From a virus, in the IMG/VR virus record IMGVR_UViG_3300012798_000001, positions 1-64,000 of that record: a stretch of DNA of 64,000 nt; one strand, written 5' to 3'. Shown here piece by piece: positions 44,118 through 52,457 of this stretch (positions are counted from its first letter, which is position 1; the number at the start of each line of letters is the position of its first letter). A program made the translations under genes and the position numbers. The notes under the pieces were generated by a model. That model searched no databases and was not told where the DNA came from. It saw only the letters and a program-made list of their open reading frames with translations.

Positions 44118-44755
44118 CTGATTCTCTCCGGGATTGAGGTTGGGTTGCGAAGCGGGGCGGCGCGCGGCAGCGGGGCGCAGTGCGCGGCGATGCGCTGGGG
44201 CGCGACGTCAAGTTGTATCGGGTTGAACGAATCTCAGGTGGTGACCTTGCGTTGCGAAGATGTGCGGTGCGCATCGTAGAGAGGCAGAGCGAGGCGCAGC
44301 GGGGCGCTGAATTGAGTTGCGCGGCGGTGCGCGGCATCGCTTAAGACGTATCGGGGCGGCTGAATTCCATGGGGACCTTGAGGTGCGGTGCGCAAAGCAG
44401 CGGGGGGTTGCGCGGCGTCGCGACGCATTGAGCGGCGGAGCGTGGCGCGGTTGAAACTCGTGGGGACATTGCGGAGCGGGACGATGCGGCACGCCGGGGG
44501 GAGAAGCGGTGCGCAGCGGAGCGCGGCAGGGCGATGCGCTGTCAGGTCAGGACGTGTCGTGGCGGATGGCCGTCATTGATGGGAACCTTGCGTCGTGAAG
44601 CGTAACGGTGGGCGGCGGAGCGGCGAGTGGCGCAGCGGTGCGCAGCGTAGCGGCGCCATTCAGGACGTGTCCGGGCAGTTGAATTCCACGTTGGGACCTT
44701 GCGAAGCGGAGGGATGAGAAGCGGCGTGCGGCGGAGCGTGGAGATGCGATCAGAG
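44118..44755. repeat. degenerate ~95-125-bp tandem repeat block R2 (5-6 units)
   Basis: Recurring core 'TCAGGACGTGTC..(~10)..TGAATTCCA..GGGGACCTTGCG' followed by GCG-rich tracts. Cores lie near 44232, 44360, 44452, 44575 and 44677. Confidence 0.7.
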
Positions 44756-45010
44756 TCACCGAACCCGTTTCAGCCCGATCTCCTTCACCGTCTCGAACTC
44801 CATGCCGAGGCGGCGGCGGACCTCGTCCTTGCTCCAATACAAGATGTGCCAGCAGGACCGGATATCCGGCATCTCAGCGGCTCGGCCCATCTCTGCATAG
44901 GTCACGATCTCGCCGAGCGGGGTCTTGGCCAGCAGGGCGACGAGGCCCTTGCGCTGGTCCAGGCGGGGCCGGCTCGGCTTGCGGATGGTCGCGATGCCCA
45001 GGCTGTCCAT
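44756..45010 (-). CDS. hypothetical protein
   Basis: 84-aa ORF. Confidence 0.5.
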   Translation of the reverse strand: MDSLGIATIRKPSRPRLDQRKGLVALLAKTPLGEIVTYAEMGRAAEMPDIRSCWHILYWSKDEVRRRLGMEFETVKEIGLKRVR

Positions 45011-45012
45011 TC

Positions 45013-45531
45013 CTACCTCCTAAGCGATGCTTCCTGGCTCTCCCGGTCGCGCAGGGACCGGTAGGAGTCGGAGAGCTTGATCCAAATGGCGGCGGCGTCT
45101 GGGTCGCGGTCCAGGTCGCGCCGGCTCTTGCAGCCGCAGATTCGCCGGACCTGATCGGCCGCCGCCTCCTCGTCATCGACCCGGAGCCACTTCTGGAAGC
45201 CGGGCTCCTTGCAGAGGATGCCGGCCTGCTTGGTGAACGACAGCTTGTGCCAGGGCGTCCGCTCCGGCTCGGCCCCCGCCGGCTTCGACGATGCCGGCCC
45301 TGGGGTCGGCGCCGGGTCCGTCCACTCCGGGCCAGCCTCCGCCTGCGCCTGCTCCGGATTGAGCAGCACGATCGCGCAGGCCCGCGACTTCGCCGCGGTC
45401 GGCACCCCGCCGAGCCGCTTGAGGATCTCGTCGGCGTCCTCGATCGGGGACTCGAAGAACAGCCGGATCACGGACCGCGTCTGGTAGGTCTTGAAGTCGA
45501 CGAAGTCGGCGCTGAAAGGCTGGCCGGTCAC
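45013..45531 (-). CDS. hypothetical protein
   Basis: GTG start in a GTGA overlap with the upstream gene. 172 aa. Confidence 0.5.
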   Translation of the reverse strand: MTGQPFSADFVDFKTYQTRSVIRLFFESPIEDADEILKRLGGVPTAAKSRACAIVLLNPEQAQAEAGPEWTDPAPTPGPASSKPAGAEPERTPWHKLSFTKQAGILCKEPGFQKWLRVDDEEAAADQVRRICGCKSRRDLDRDPDAAAIWIKLSDSYRSLRDRESQEASLRR

Positions 45532-45746
45532 CGCCCGACCTCCAAGAGCCGGGTGATCGTGAAGCCGCGCCGCTCCAGGCACTCGATCGCGTAGCTGGCC
45601 TCCGCGAGATATCCGGTATAGGTGCCGTCCGCGTCGTCGAGGGCGATGTCCGCCTTGCAGGCGCGGAACCGCTCGCCCTTGCCGTCGATGATGGCCCAGA
45701 CCTCGGCCAGGGCTTCGGACGCCTCGCGGCGCGAAGTGCCGGTCAC
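45528..45746 (-). CDS. hypothetical protein
   Basis: 72-aa ORF, coupled. Confidence 0.5.
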   Translation of the reverse strand: MTGTSRREASEALAEVWAIIDGKGERFRACKADIALDDADGTYTGYLAEASYAIECLERRGFTITRLLEVGR

Positions 45747-46627
45747 TGCCCCACCTCCATCGGCGTCGCGGCCAAGGTCTCGGCATCGGTGATCAGGTCG
45801 ATGGCCCAGCTCCGCTCCGGGTCGGTTGCTGCCCAGCCCCGGATCGCCTGGACGGCGTCCCGGTTCTCTTGGATCTCGATCAGCTTCCGGTTGGTGCCGA
45901 GGCCGCGGATCAGATTGGTCAGGAAGTCGCGGGCGCCGGCTCCATTGGCCTTGAACTTCCGCTCGACGACCCGGCCGGTGAACGTGTCCGGCGGGAAGGT
46001 CAGGATGAAGTGCCGGCCCGTGTCGGCGCCGTCGCCCTCGGCCTCCTGGGGCCGCTGGGCTTGCGGTGGCGGCGGCGAGGCCGCCGGGCCAGGGTTCGGC
46101 CTGGCGTCGGCCTGGCGGCGCCCCTGGCCGCCCTGTGCGCCCTGGCGGAGGGCGTCGCGGGTGGCGTTGGCGACACGGTCGCGGACGTAACTGCCGGCTC
46201 CGGTGTCCATCGCCGCGGCACCGTCATCGTCCTCATCGGCCGTGAGCCCAACGGTGGCGCCGAATGCATACCGTTTCGCATAGGTGATTGCGCTGCCCAT
46301 CTGCTGGACATTGAACTCGCGGCCGAGGATGACCGGGATCTCGGTTTCGAGCCATTGGCCGCTAGAGTGCATAAGGATCGTCGTCACGACGATTTGCCCA
46401 TCGGCGTTGACTTCCGGCGCCTGCGTGAAGCCGATGCCGTTCGCGCTCAAGGCCGACCGAGCCGCGTCGATCAGGGCGTCCAGGGTCGCATAGCGCCACG
46501 ACTTGCCGCCGCCGCCTCCCTTGCCCTCGCCGCCGGCCCCCCGATCCTTCTTCGGATTGGTCATGGCACCTTGCGCTGCGGCCAAGGCTGCCGCGATCTG
46601 GTCGATGCCTTCGGGGCTCTTCTTCAT
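45743..46627 (-). CDS. ERF-family single-strand annealing recombinase
   Basis: 'WRYATLDALIDAARSALSANGIGFTQ...TTILMHSSGQWLE...QQMGSAITYAKRYAFGATVGLTADEDDDG'. Confidence 0.8.
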   Translation of the reverse strand: MKKSPEGIDQIAAALAAAQGAMTNPKKDRGAGGEGKGGGGGKSWRYATLDALIDAARSALSANGIGFTQAPEVNADGQIVVTTILMHSSGQWLETEIPVILGREFNVQQMGSAITYAKRYAFGATVGLTADEDDDGAAAMDTGAGSYVRDRVANATRDALRQGAQGGQGRRQADARPNPGPAASPPPPQAQRPQEAEGDGADTGRHFILTFPPDTFTGRVVERKFKANGAGARDFLTNLIRGLGTNRKLIEIQENRDAVQAIRGWAATDPERSWAIDLITDAETLAATPMEVGQ

Positions 46628-46628
46628 C

Positions 46629-47135
46629 TCACTTCCCCCGTACGGACAGCGTGGGCTCGGCGTTGCTCAACTCGGCGCCGTCCACCGTCTCGCCGGCCTC
46701 GATCGCCTCGTGGATGGCCGACTTCACCGGGGTCCGCTCGGTCTTGCAGAACCGGTCGGGAATGCGCTCGGCATCGGTGATGACGACCTTGCGCCGGCCC
46801 TTGGCCATGGTCAGGGTCGCCTCGGGGAACTCGAACCGCTTCCGGCCCGCGGCATTCATCGCCGCCTGCACCAGGAGCTTCTTCCGCTGGGCCCGCTCGG
46901 TCAGCCGGGCCGCCCGGCCCTGCATCTCGTCGACCCGGATCGACAGCGCCGCGACCATGGCCTTGTCGTCCAGGTGGGAGCAGATCAGGGCCCGGCACCG
47001 CTCCGGGAAGTCGGAGATGCCGTCGAGGGTGTCGGTCAGGGTCGGCTCGTCATCGGCCAGGGAGGGGAACTCCCGCAGCAGCGCCTCGCGGAGCGCGGCA
47101 TCGGCTGCGGCGTCATTGTCCAAGCGTCCGTTCAT
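46629..47135 (-). CDS. Gp157-like protein
   Basis: 169 aa, helical, directly upstream of ERF. The pattern 'LADDEPTLTDTLDGISDF...DEMQGRAARL' resembles the siphovirus Gp157 family. Confidence 0.55.
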   Translation of the reverse strand: MNGRLDNDAAADAALREALLREFPSLADDEPTLTDTLDGISDFPERCRALICSHLDDKAMVAALSIRVDEMQGRAARLTERAQRKKLLVQAAMNAAGRKRFEFPEATLTMAKGRRKVVITDAERIPDRFCKTERTPVKSAIHEAIEAGETVDGAELSNAEPTLSVRGK

Positions 47136-47320
47136 GGCTTCATCCCGAGTGCGATGTAGGCGAGCGGTATCCCCCACAGGGCCAGGGCGACCCCGGCGGC
47201 GAGGATCACGGTGCCGAAGACGATCTCCGCGGGGCCCGACCGGCAGATGGGCGACAGCACCAGCGCGGCCCCGAAGGTGATCAGGAAGGTGGCGCTCATG
47301 ATGAGGATCACGCTGGTCAT
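47132..47320 (-). CDS. small two-TM membrane protein
   Basis: 'MTSVILIMSATFLITFGAALVL...VILAAGVALALWGIPLAYIAL'. Confidence 0.5.
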   Translation of the reverse strand: MTSVILIMSATFLITFGAALVLSPICRSGPAEIVFGTVILAAGVALALWGIPLAYIALGMKP

Positions 47321-47322
47321 GG

Positions 47323-47526
47323 CTACCACCCGCTCACGGCGATTTTGGCGGCGGCGACGATCCACATCAGGCCGATGAAGACCAGGACGATCAGGGTGGC
47401 GGCGGCCCGGTCACCCGGCGTCCAGCGGCGGGAGCCGCCGTGGACCATGTTCGCGATCATCAGGGCCAGGAAGAACCCGGCGAGGAAGGAGCCCGTGGCG
47501 GCCGAGGCGGCGAGGATGACGTTCAT
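47323..47526 (-). CDS. small two-TM membrane protein
   Basis: 67-aa ORF with hydrophobic helices. Confidence 0.5.
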   Translation of the reverse strand: MNVILAASAATGSFLAGFFLALMIANMVHGGSRRWTPGDRAAATLIVLVFIGLMWIVAAAKIAVSGW

Positions 47527-47717
47527 TGCGCGGCTCCGAACAGATCGAGGCGGAGCAGCACGAGGAAGATGACGACGAGCACGATCCCGCAGATCGCCAT
47601 CACTCGGTCGAGCGTGGTCCAGGTGATGCGGCCCCGCACGATGGCCAGGATCAGGCCCATCGCGAAGTAGGCGATAACGAAACTGGCGGCGCCGTAGAAC
47701 AGGTCAGGCGCGCTCAC
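47523..47717 (-). CDS. small two-TM membrane protein
   Basis: GTGA-coupled GTG start. 'AASFVIAYFAMGLILAIV...ICGIVLVVIFLVLL'. Confidence 0.45.
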   Translation of the reverse strand: MSAPDLFYGAASFVIAYFAMGLILAIVRGRITWTTLDRVMAICGIVLVVIFLVLLRLDLFGAAQ

Positions 47718-48061
47718 GGCATCTGCTCCCGCCGGACCATGGCTCGGGTCCGGTCCCGCTCGACGGCGTCGTCCCGGCTCTCCTCCAGCCACCAGCGATG
47801 GGCGGCGGAGATGTCGAACGGCGACCACACGATCCGGCCGGGGGCGCCGGCCTCGACCACCTCCATCACCCTCGCGGCGGCGATGACATCGAGCCCGGCC
47901 TCGCTCTCGTCATAGGCGAGGCAGGCATCGTCGTACCGGACATACATCGAGACCGAGGGCTTCTGCTCCTGCGAGCACCACCAGATCAGGACATAAAGCG
48001 GGGGCATGGCGCGCATACCGGTCTCCGGTTGCACCCTGCGAGGGCGGGTTGTCTGGGGCAT
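47714..48061 (-). CDS. hypothetical protein, first gene of early-left operon
   Basis: 115-aa ORF with AGGA 6 nt upstream. Confidence 0.5.
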   Translation of the reverse strand: MPQTTRPRRVQPETGMRAMPPLYVLIWWCSQEQKPSVSMYVRYDDACLAYDESEAGLDVIAAARVMEVVEAGAPGRIVWSPFDISAAHRWWLEESRDDAVERDRTRAMVRREQMP

Positions 48062-48368
48062 CTATCCTGGGCTCTAATGCGAGCCCGTAACGATGCCGTC
48101 ATCATGTGATCGGCCCGTTTTGCGGTCAAGCGCATTTTCTTTGGTCGTCGCTGTCAACCTGTGGATTGTTCTGGGGGTTGTAAGTGGACAAACCGTCATA
48201 CGGCGTCCTACGGAACCCTGCGGACCCTAAAAGAACCCGTTCACAAAAAGTTTAGACCCCCTGAATTCATCAAGTATCGGGTTACGTTCTGTGACCTAGA
48301 TTTAGGCCACCGGCTTTTATTTGCAGATTGTTGTTGCGGGCGATCTCAAAACGCGCATTCATCAAGGC

Positions 48369-48626
48369 ATGCTCTACTGCGATGCCGCCCTGTATCGGGT
48401 CCAGAGGTGGATCGAGGCCCTCGATCCGCATCTTCGTCAGCCGCTTGTTCTAGCGCGGTTGACTGGGCTCAGTTCTGCGACTCTGCGCCGGTTTATGGCG
48501 CCGGGCGGCATTGGGAATGTGACCCTCGATACCCTGCGGCGCCTGGAGCAGCACGTGCCGGCCGATTTCATGCCGCTGCACATCCAGACGCCGCTCCGCG
48601 ACGACAAGCCGGCGAACGCCGCCTGA
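48369..48626 (+). CDS. putative early regulator (HTH-like)
   Basis: 'LARLTGLSSATLRRFMAPGGIGNVTLDTLRRLE'. First gene of the rightward operon. The start is uncertain (TTG at 48321 is an alternative). Confidence 0.45.
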   Translation: MLYCDAALYRVQRWIEALDPHLRQPLVLARLTGLSSATLRRFMAPGGIGNVTLDTLRRLEQHVPADFMPLHIQTPLRDDKPANAA

Positions 48627-48667
48627 CCACCAACGGGCCGGGACCTCCCGGCCACGGGAGGCTCCAT

Positions 48668-48982
48668 ATGGTCGACTTCGAGAAGATGGCCGACAGCGGC
48701 CGGGCCCTGAAGCAGCGGCTCGCCACCGCGGTCGAGACGATTGCCGGCTACGACCGGGACATCGACGGGCTCAAGGCCCAGCGGAAGGAGGCCCTGGCCG
48801 CCGCCGAGGCCGACGACAAGCTGGTGCCCGAGGCCGTGGCCTACCTCGCCCATCTCCACCGCACCGGCAAGAGCGCCCGGATCACGTCGGCCGTGTGGCC
48901 GATGGTCGAGAAGTACGCCGAGGTGCTGGGCCTGATCCTGCCGGGCCTCGATCAGCCGGATCTGTTCACCGAGGACGACTGA
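48668..48982 (+). CDS. hypothetical helical protein
   Basis: GGGAGG SD. 104 aa. Confidence 0.55.
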   Translation: MVDFEKMADSGRALKQRLATAVETIAGYDRDIDGLKAQRKEALAAAEADDKLVPEAVAYLAHLHRTGKSARITSAVWPMVEKYAEVLGLILPGLDQPDLFTEDD

Positions 48983-49462
48983 ATGCCCCGGCGCCGGCAG
49001 CCGCCACCGCTGCCGTTCATGACGGCGGACCAGCTCCGCCGATATCAGCTCTCGCTCGTCACCGAGGACGCGGTGCAATCGCAGATCGTATCCATGCTGC
49101 GCCAGTTGCCGGCCCCGCCGCTCGGGCCCGCCTGGACGGCCATCAACCCCATCCCGGCCAAGAGCAAGGCCGCTGCCGGGATGTCCAAGCGCCTGGGGCT
49201 GGTGGCCGGCTTCCCCGACCTGCACGTCCTGTGGGGCGGCCGGGCCGCCTATGCCGAGTGCAAGCGGCCTGTCGGCGGCAAGCCCTCCGGCGACACGCAG
49301 CCGGCCGTGCAGGCCCAGCTCGTGGCCGCTGGCGGCTTCGTCGCGGTGGTGACCACCGCCGAGCAGTTCTTCCGCTTCCTCCAGGCCACGTTCCCGGCCG
49401 AGTGGGCGGCGCTGGGGCGGCACGCCCCGATCCTCTGGCCATGGCTGGGAGGTGCCCGTTGA
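48983..49462 (+). CDS. VRR-NUC domain nuclease
   Basis: 'GLVAGFPDLHVLWGGRAAYAECKRPVGGKPSGDTQPAVQAQLVAAGGFVAVVTT'. Confidence 0.7.
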   Translation: MPRRRQPPPLPFMTADQLRRYQLSLVTEDAVQSQIVSMLRQLPAPPLGPAWTAINPIPAKSKAAAGMSKRLGLVAGFPDLHVLWGGRAAYAECKRPVGGKPSGDTQPAVQAQLVAAGGFVAVVTTAEQFFRFLQATFPAEWAALGRHAPILWPWLGGAR

Positions 49463-49785
49463 GCGAGCCGGAATTCATCGCCCTCCGGGTCGGCCTGGCC
49501 GGGCATCCGCTGATCGACGAAGTCGTCTCGATCTCCGGCTGCGACCGGCCGCTGGTCCTCGCGGTCCTGATCGAAGTCATCGAGGCCGGCCTCGGCCACA
49601 CGGATCGAGGAAGCCTGCTCAACTTCAACGTCGATGACACCGCGGACCGCTTCGGCGCCGGTCGCACCGAGATCTTCTCGATCTTCGACGCCTTTCGCTG
49701 CGTCGGCTTGGTCAGTGCCCGGCTCGGCCAGGGCTACAGCGATCTGCACCGCCAGCCCATCCGGTACGAGGGAGGCGAGGAATGA
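49459..49785 (+). CDS. hypothetical protein
   Basis: TTG start overlapping the upstream stop. 108 aa. Confidence 0.4.
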   Translation: MSEPEFIALRVGLAGHPLIDEVVSISGCDRPLVLAVLIEVIEAGLGHTDRGSLLNFNVDDTADRFGAGRTEIFSIFDAFRCVGLVSARLGQGYSDLHRQPIRYEGGEE

Positions 49786-50000
49786 CCCCGCTCGCCGATG
49801 TCCTCGACCGGGTGCTGTTCGAGATCGCCGAAACTCTGGGCTGGCCGCTCGATGCCAAGAGCCGGTGGTTCTACCGGCTCGCCGAGCTGCTGCCGGACCC
49901 GACCGTCAAGACCCTGATCGTGGACGCGGCGTCCGCCGGCATCCTGTCGGCCGACGAGGCCCGCCGGCTGATCGAAGTGCTCGACCTGGAGGCGGCATAG
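49782..50000 (+). CDS. hypothetical protein
   Basis: ATGA coupling. 72 aa. Confidence 0.5.
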   Translation: MTPLADVLDRVLFEIAETLGWPLDAKSRWFYRLAELLPDPTVKTLIVDAASAGILSADEARRLIEVLDLEAA

Positions 50001-50002
50001 CG

Positions 50003-50773
50003 ATGGCCCGCATCCGGTCGATCCACCCAAGCCTCCTGACCGACGAAGCCTTCATGACCCTCACGGTCGAGGCCCCGCTCGCCGTGACCCTGCTGATCGG
50101 GTTGTGGACCGAGGCCGACGATCAGGGGGTGTTCGAGTGGAAGCCGCTCACGATCAAGGCCCGCATCCTGCCGGCACCGGTGCTGGACGTCGTCCCCCTG
50201 CTGGAGGTGCTGGAGCGTTACCGGTTCATCCGCCGGTACGAGATCGACGGCCGCGAGTACGGAGCGGTTCGGAACTTCGCCCGGTTTCAGCGGCCGAAAA
50301 AGCCGAACGCGATCCACCCCATGACGGAAGAGGTCCGGGCCTGGGTTGGAACCGGTTCCGAACCGGTGGGGAACCGGTCCCGAACCGGTGGGGAAAATCT
50401 CTCGCAGATGGAGGATGGAGGAGGAAGGAAGGAAGAGAAGGAGGAAGGAGGGAATCAGGAAGCAGTTGATCCCAGCCCCCCGCGCGAGCGCGCGCCCGCG
50501 CGAGGCGATGCCTCGCGGGAGTATGCCTTCGTTGGGAAGGTGATCCGGCTGACGACGCCCGACTTCGATCGCTGGGCCTCCGCCTTCAAGAACCTCGAAC
50601 TCACGGCCGAGCTGATCGCCAGGGACGCCTATCTGGCCGGCCCCGAGGTCAACGACCGCGATCGGAAGAACTGGTTCACGTCCACCAGCAAATACCTCGC
50701 CAACCGCAACGCCGAGATGCGCCAGCGGGCCAGGGCCGGTCCGGACAGGGCTTCGCGCGGTTACGCGATCTGA
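50003..50773 (+). CDS. replication initiator / replisome organiser-like protein
   Basis: 'IRSIHPSLLTDEAFMTLTVEAPLAVTLLIGLWTEADDQGVFEW' fits a conserved phage replication-protein N-terminus. The gene contains internal iterons and lies before the primase/helicase. Confidence 0.55.
   Translation: MARIRSIHPSLLTDEAFMTLTVEAPLAVTLLIGLWTEADDQGVFEWKPLTIKARILPAPVLDVVPLLEVLERYRFIRRYEIDGREYGAVRNFARFQRPKKPNAIHPMTEEVRAWVGTGSEPVGNRSRTGGENLSQMEDGGGRKEEKEEGGNQEAVDPSPPRERAPARGDASREYAFVGKVIRLTTPDFDRWASAFKNLELTAELIARDAYLAGPEVNDRDRKNWFTSTSKYLANRNAEMRQRARAGPDRASRGYAI
50348..50391. repeat. iterons: 2 x 22 bp (4 x GAACCGGT phased every 11 bp)
   Basis: ggaaccggttccgaaccggtgg / ggaaccggtcccgaaccggtgg, followed by a ~38-nt pure purine tract (~50418-50455). 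Confidence 0.75.
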
Positions 50774-50779
50774 CCGGCC

Positions 50780-51094
50780 ATGCGGGTCGAGGTCACCAAC
50801 GTCCGTCAGGGGCTCGAAGCCCAAGGCTTCCGGCTCCGCTCCTACAACCCCGGCGAGCACCACTCGGTCTGCCCGAGGTGCAGCCCCACCAGGACGAAGA
50901 AGCATGCCCGATGCGTCTCAATCCGGATCGAACCAGACGGAGCCACATGGCGGTGCCACCACTGCGGATGGGGCGACGGCTTCCGGCTACACGGCGATCA
51001 GCCGCGCCGTCGAGAAGTGGTTCATCAGCCGGGGAATCCACCACGGCGCCCTTCGGGCTGGCGGCGTCTTTTCGGAGGCTCGGGGCGGGTCTGA
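50780..51094 (+). CDS. primase zinc-ribbon domain ORF (frame-separated from the Toprim/helicase body)
   Basis: 'CPRCSPTRTKKHARCVSIRIEPDGATWRCHHCGWGDG', after which the frame degenerates into Arg/Pro-rich sequence. Confidence 0.55.
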   Translation: MRVEVTNVRQGLEAQGFRLRSYNPGEHHSVCPRCSPTRTKKHARCVSIRIEPDGATWRCHHCGWGDGFRLHGDQPRRREVVHQPGNPPRRPSGWRRLFGGSGRV

Positions 51095-52457
51095 GGTGAT
51101 CGTCTTCCCCTATCGCCGCCGTGGCCGGGTCGTGAACCAAAAATACCGCGGCGCCGGGAAGAAGTTCTGGATGGCTGCAGGCGGCGAGCTGGTCCTGTGG
51201 AACCTGGATTGCCTGCTGTCGAACCCGGATCACGTCTACATCGTCGAGGGCGAGATGGACGCCCTGGCCTTCATGGAGGCCGGGATCTGGAATGTGCTCT
51301 CGGTCCCCAACGGCGCGCCCCCGCCGGAGCGGGAGGACGAGGTCGTCGAGCCGGAGCACGACGAGACGTTCCGCTACCTGTGGAACTGCCGGGAGGAGCT
51401 GGCCGGCATCCGCTTCGTCCTGGCCGGCGACAGCGATGCGGCCGGGATCAAGCTGCGGCACTCGCTGGTGTCCCGCCTCGGCCGCGCCAACTGCGACATC
51501 GTCGATTGGCCCGAGGGTGTCAAGGACGGCAACGACTACCTCCTGGAGGTCGGGCCGGCCGCCTTCGCCGAGTATGTGCGGGCCAGCCGCAAGCCCTACC
51601 CCATCCGCGGCCTGTGGGGGTGGAACGAGGTCCAGCCGACCCCGCCGATGGAGAGCTTCGACATCGGCATCCCGCTGCTGCGCCAGCACGTCCGCCTCGC
51701 CCGCGGCACCGTCTCGGTGGTCACCGGCATCCCGAACCACGGCAAGAGCGCGCTGTGGAAGGCCATCGCCTGCCAGATGATCAAGAACCACGGTTGGAAC
51801 GTCACCGCGGCCAGCTTCGAGGATCAGGTCTACGCCAACCTCATGCCCGAGCTGCTCCGGATCATGAGCGGCCAGGGCCCATCGCAGGAGCCGTGGATCT
51901 GCCAGAAGCGAGCCGACGCGGCCCGCCTCCTGGCCAAGCACTTCTCCTTCATCGCCGACGAGGGCTATGTCGAGGAGCCCATGACCTTGGAGTGGTTCGT
52001 GGGCATGGCGCGGGACGCGAAGGTCCGCTTCGGCACCGACTTTCTGGTCGCCGACCCGTGGAATGAGATCGAGCACCTCTGGGGCCGCGATCAGAACGAG
52101 ACGCAGTACATCGGCACCGGGTTGCGCGATCTGAGGCGCCTGTCGGTCGAACTCGACATGCACATCATGATCATCGCCCACCCCCACAAGGTGCTCGATG
52201 GGCAGGCGCCTGGGCTCTACCACATCAACGGGTCGGCCCATTGGGCGAACAAGGTCGATATCGGCCTCGTCGTGCATCAGCCCAACTTCGCCGAGGGCCC
52301 AGGCGGCCCGACCGAGGTCTATGTCCGCAAGATCAAGCGCCCGGTGCTCGGCCAGCGCGGGATCGTGACGGTCCAGTTCAACGCGGCCACCGGCTCCTTC
52401 GAAGCCCCGTCCGGCCGACCCTTCGACGACCCCGACATCGAGAGGACCGCAGCATGA
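50904..52457 (+). CDS. bifunctional Toprim primase / DnaB-like helicase (T7 gp4/Twinkle-like)
   Basis: Toprim motif 'VYIVEGEMDALAF...VLAGDSDAAG', Walker A 'VVTGIPNHGKSAL' and Walker B 'FLVADPW'. The sensible sequence begins only around 'AISRAVEKWFISRGI' (~51000). Confidence 0.8.
   Translation: MPDASQSGSNQTEPHGGATTADGATASGYTAISRAVEKWFISRGIHHGALRAGGVFSEARGGSEVIVFPYRRRGRVVNQKYRGAGKKFWMAAGGELVLWNLDCLLSNPDHVYIVEGEMDALAFMEAGIWNVLSVPNGAPPPEREDEVVEPEHDETFRYLWNCREELAGIRFVLAGDSDAAGIKLRHSLVSRLGRANCDIVDWPEGVKDGNDYLLEVGPAAFAEYVRASRKPYPIRGLWGWNEVQPTPPMESFDIGIPLLRQHVRLARGTVSVVTGIPNHGKSALWKAIACQMIKNHGWNVTAASFEDQVYANLMPELLRIMSGQGPSQEPWICQKRADAARLLAKHFSFIADEGYVEEPMTLEWFVGMARDAKVRFGTDFLVADPWNEIEHLWGRDQNETQYIGTGLRDLRRLSVELDMHIMIIAHPHKVLDGQAPGLYHINGSAHWANKVDIGLVVHQPNFAEGPGGPTEVYVRKIKRPVLGQRGIVTVQFNAATGSFEAPSGRPFDDPDIERTAA

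Noticed and set aside
43145-44755. Possible CRISPR array.
   Set aside because: The repeat units are ~100 bp, degenerate and contiguous, with no short identical repeats separated by unique spacers. No cas genes are present.
37905-48224. The direct 15-mers as attL/attR of a 10-kb island nested in the phage.
   Set aside because: The interval is the phage's own early-left operon (int, xis-like, ERF, Gp157) with no replication or packaging-hijack genes. The repeats lie in promoter and terminal regions rather than interrupting any gene. The repeat itself is kept as a finding.
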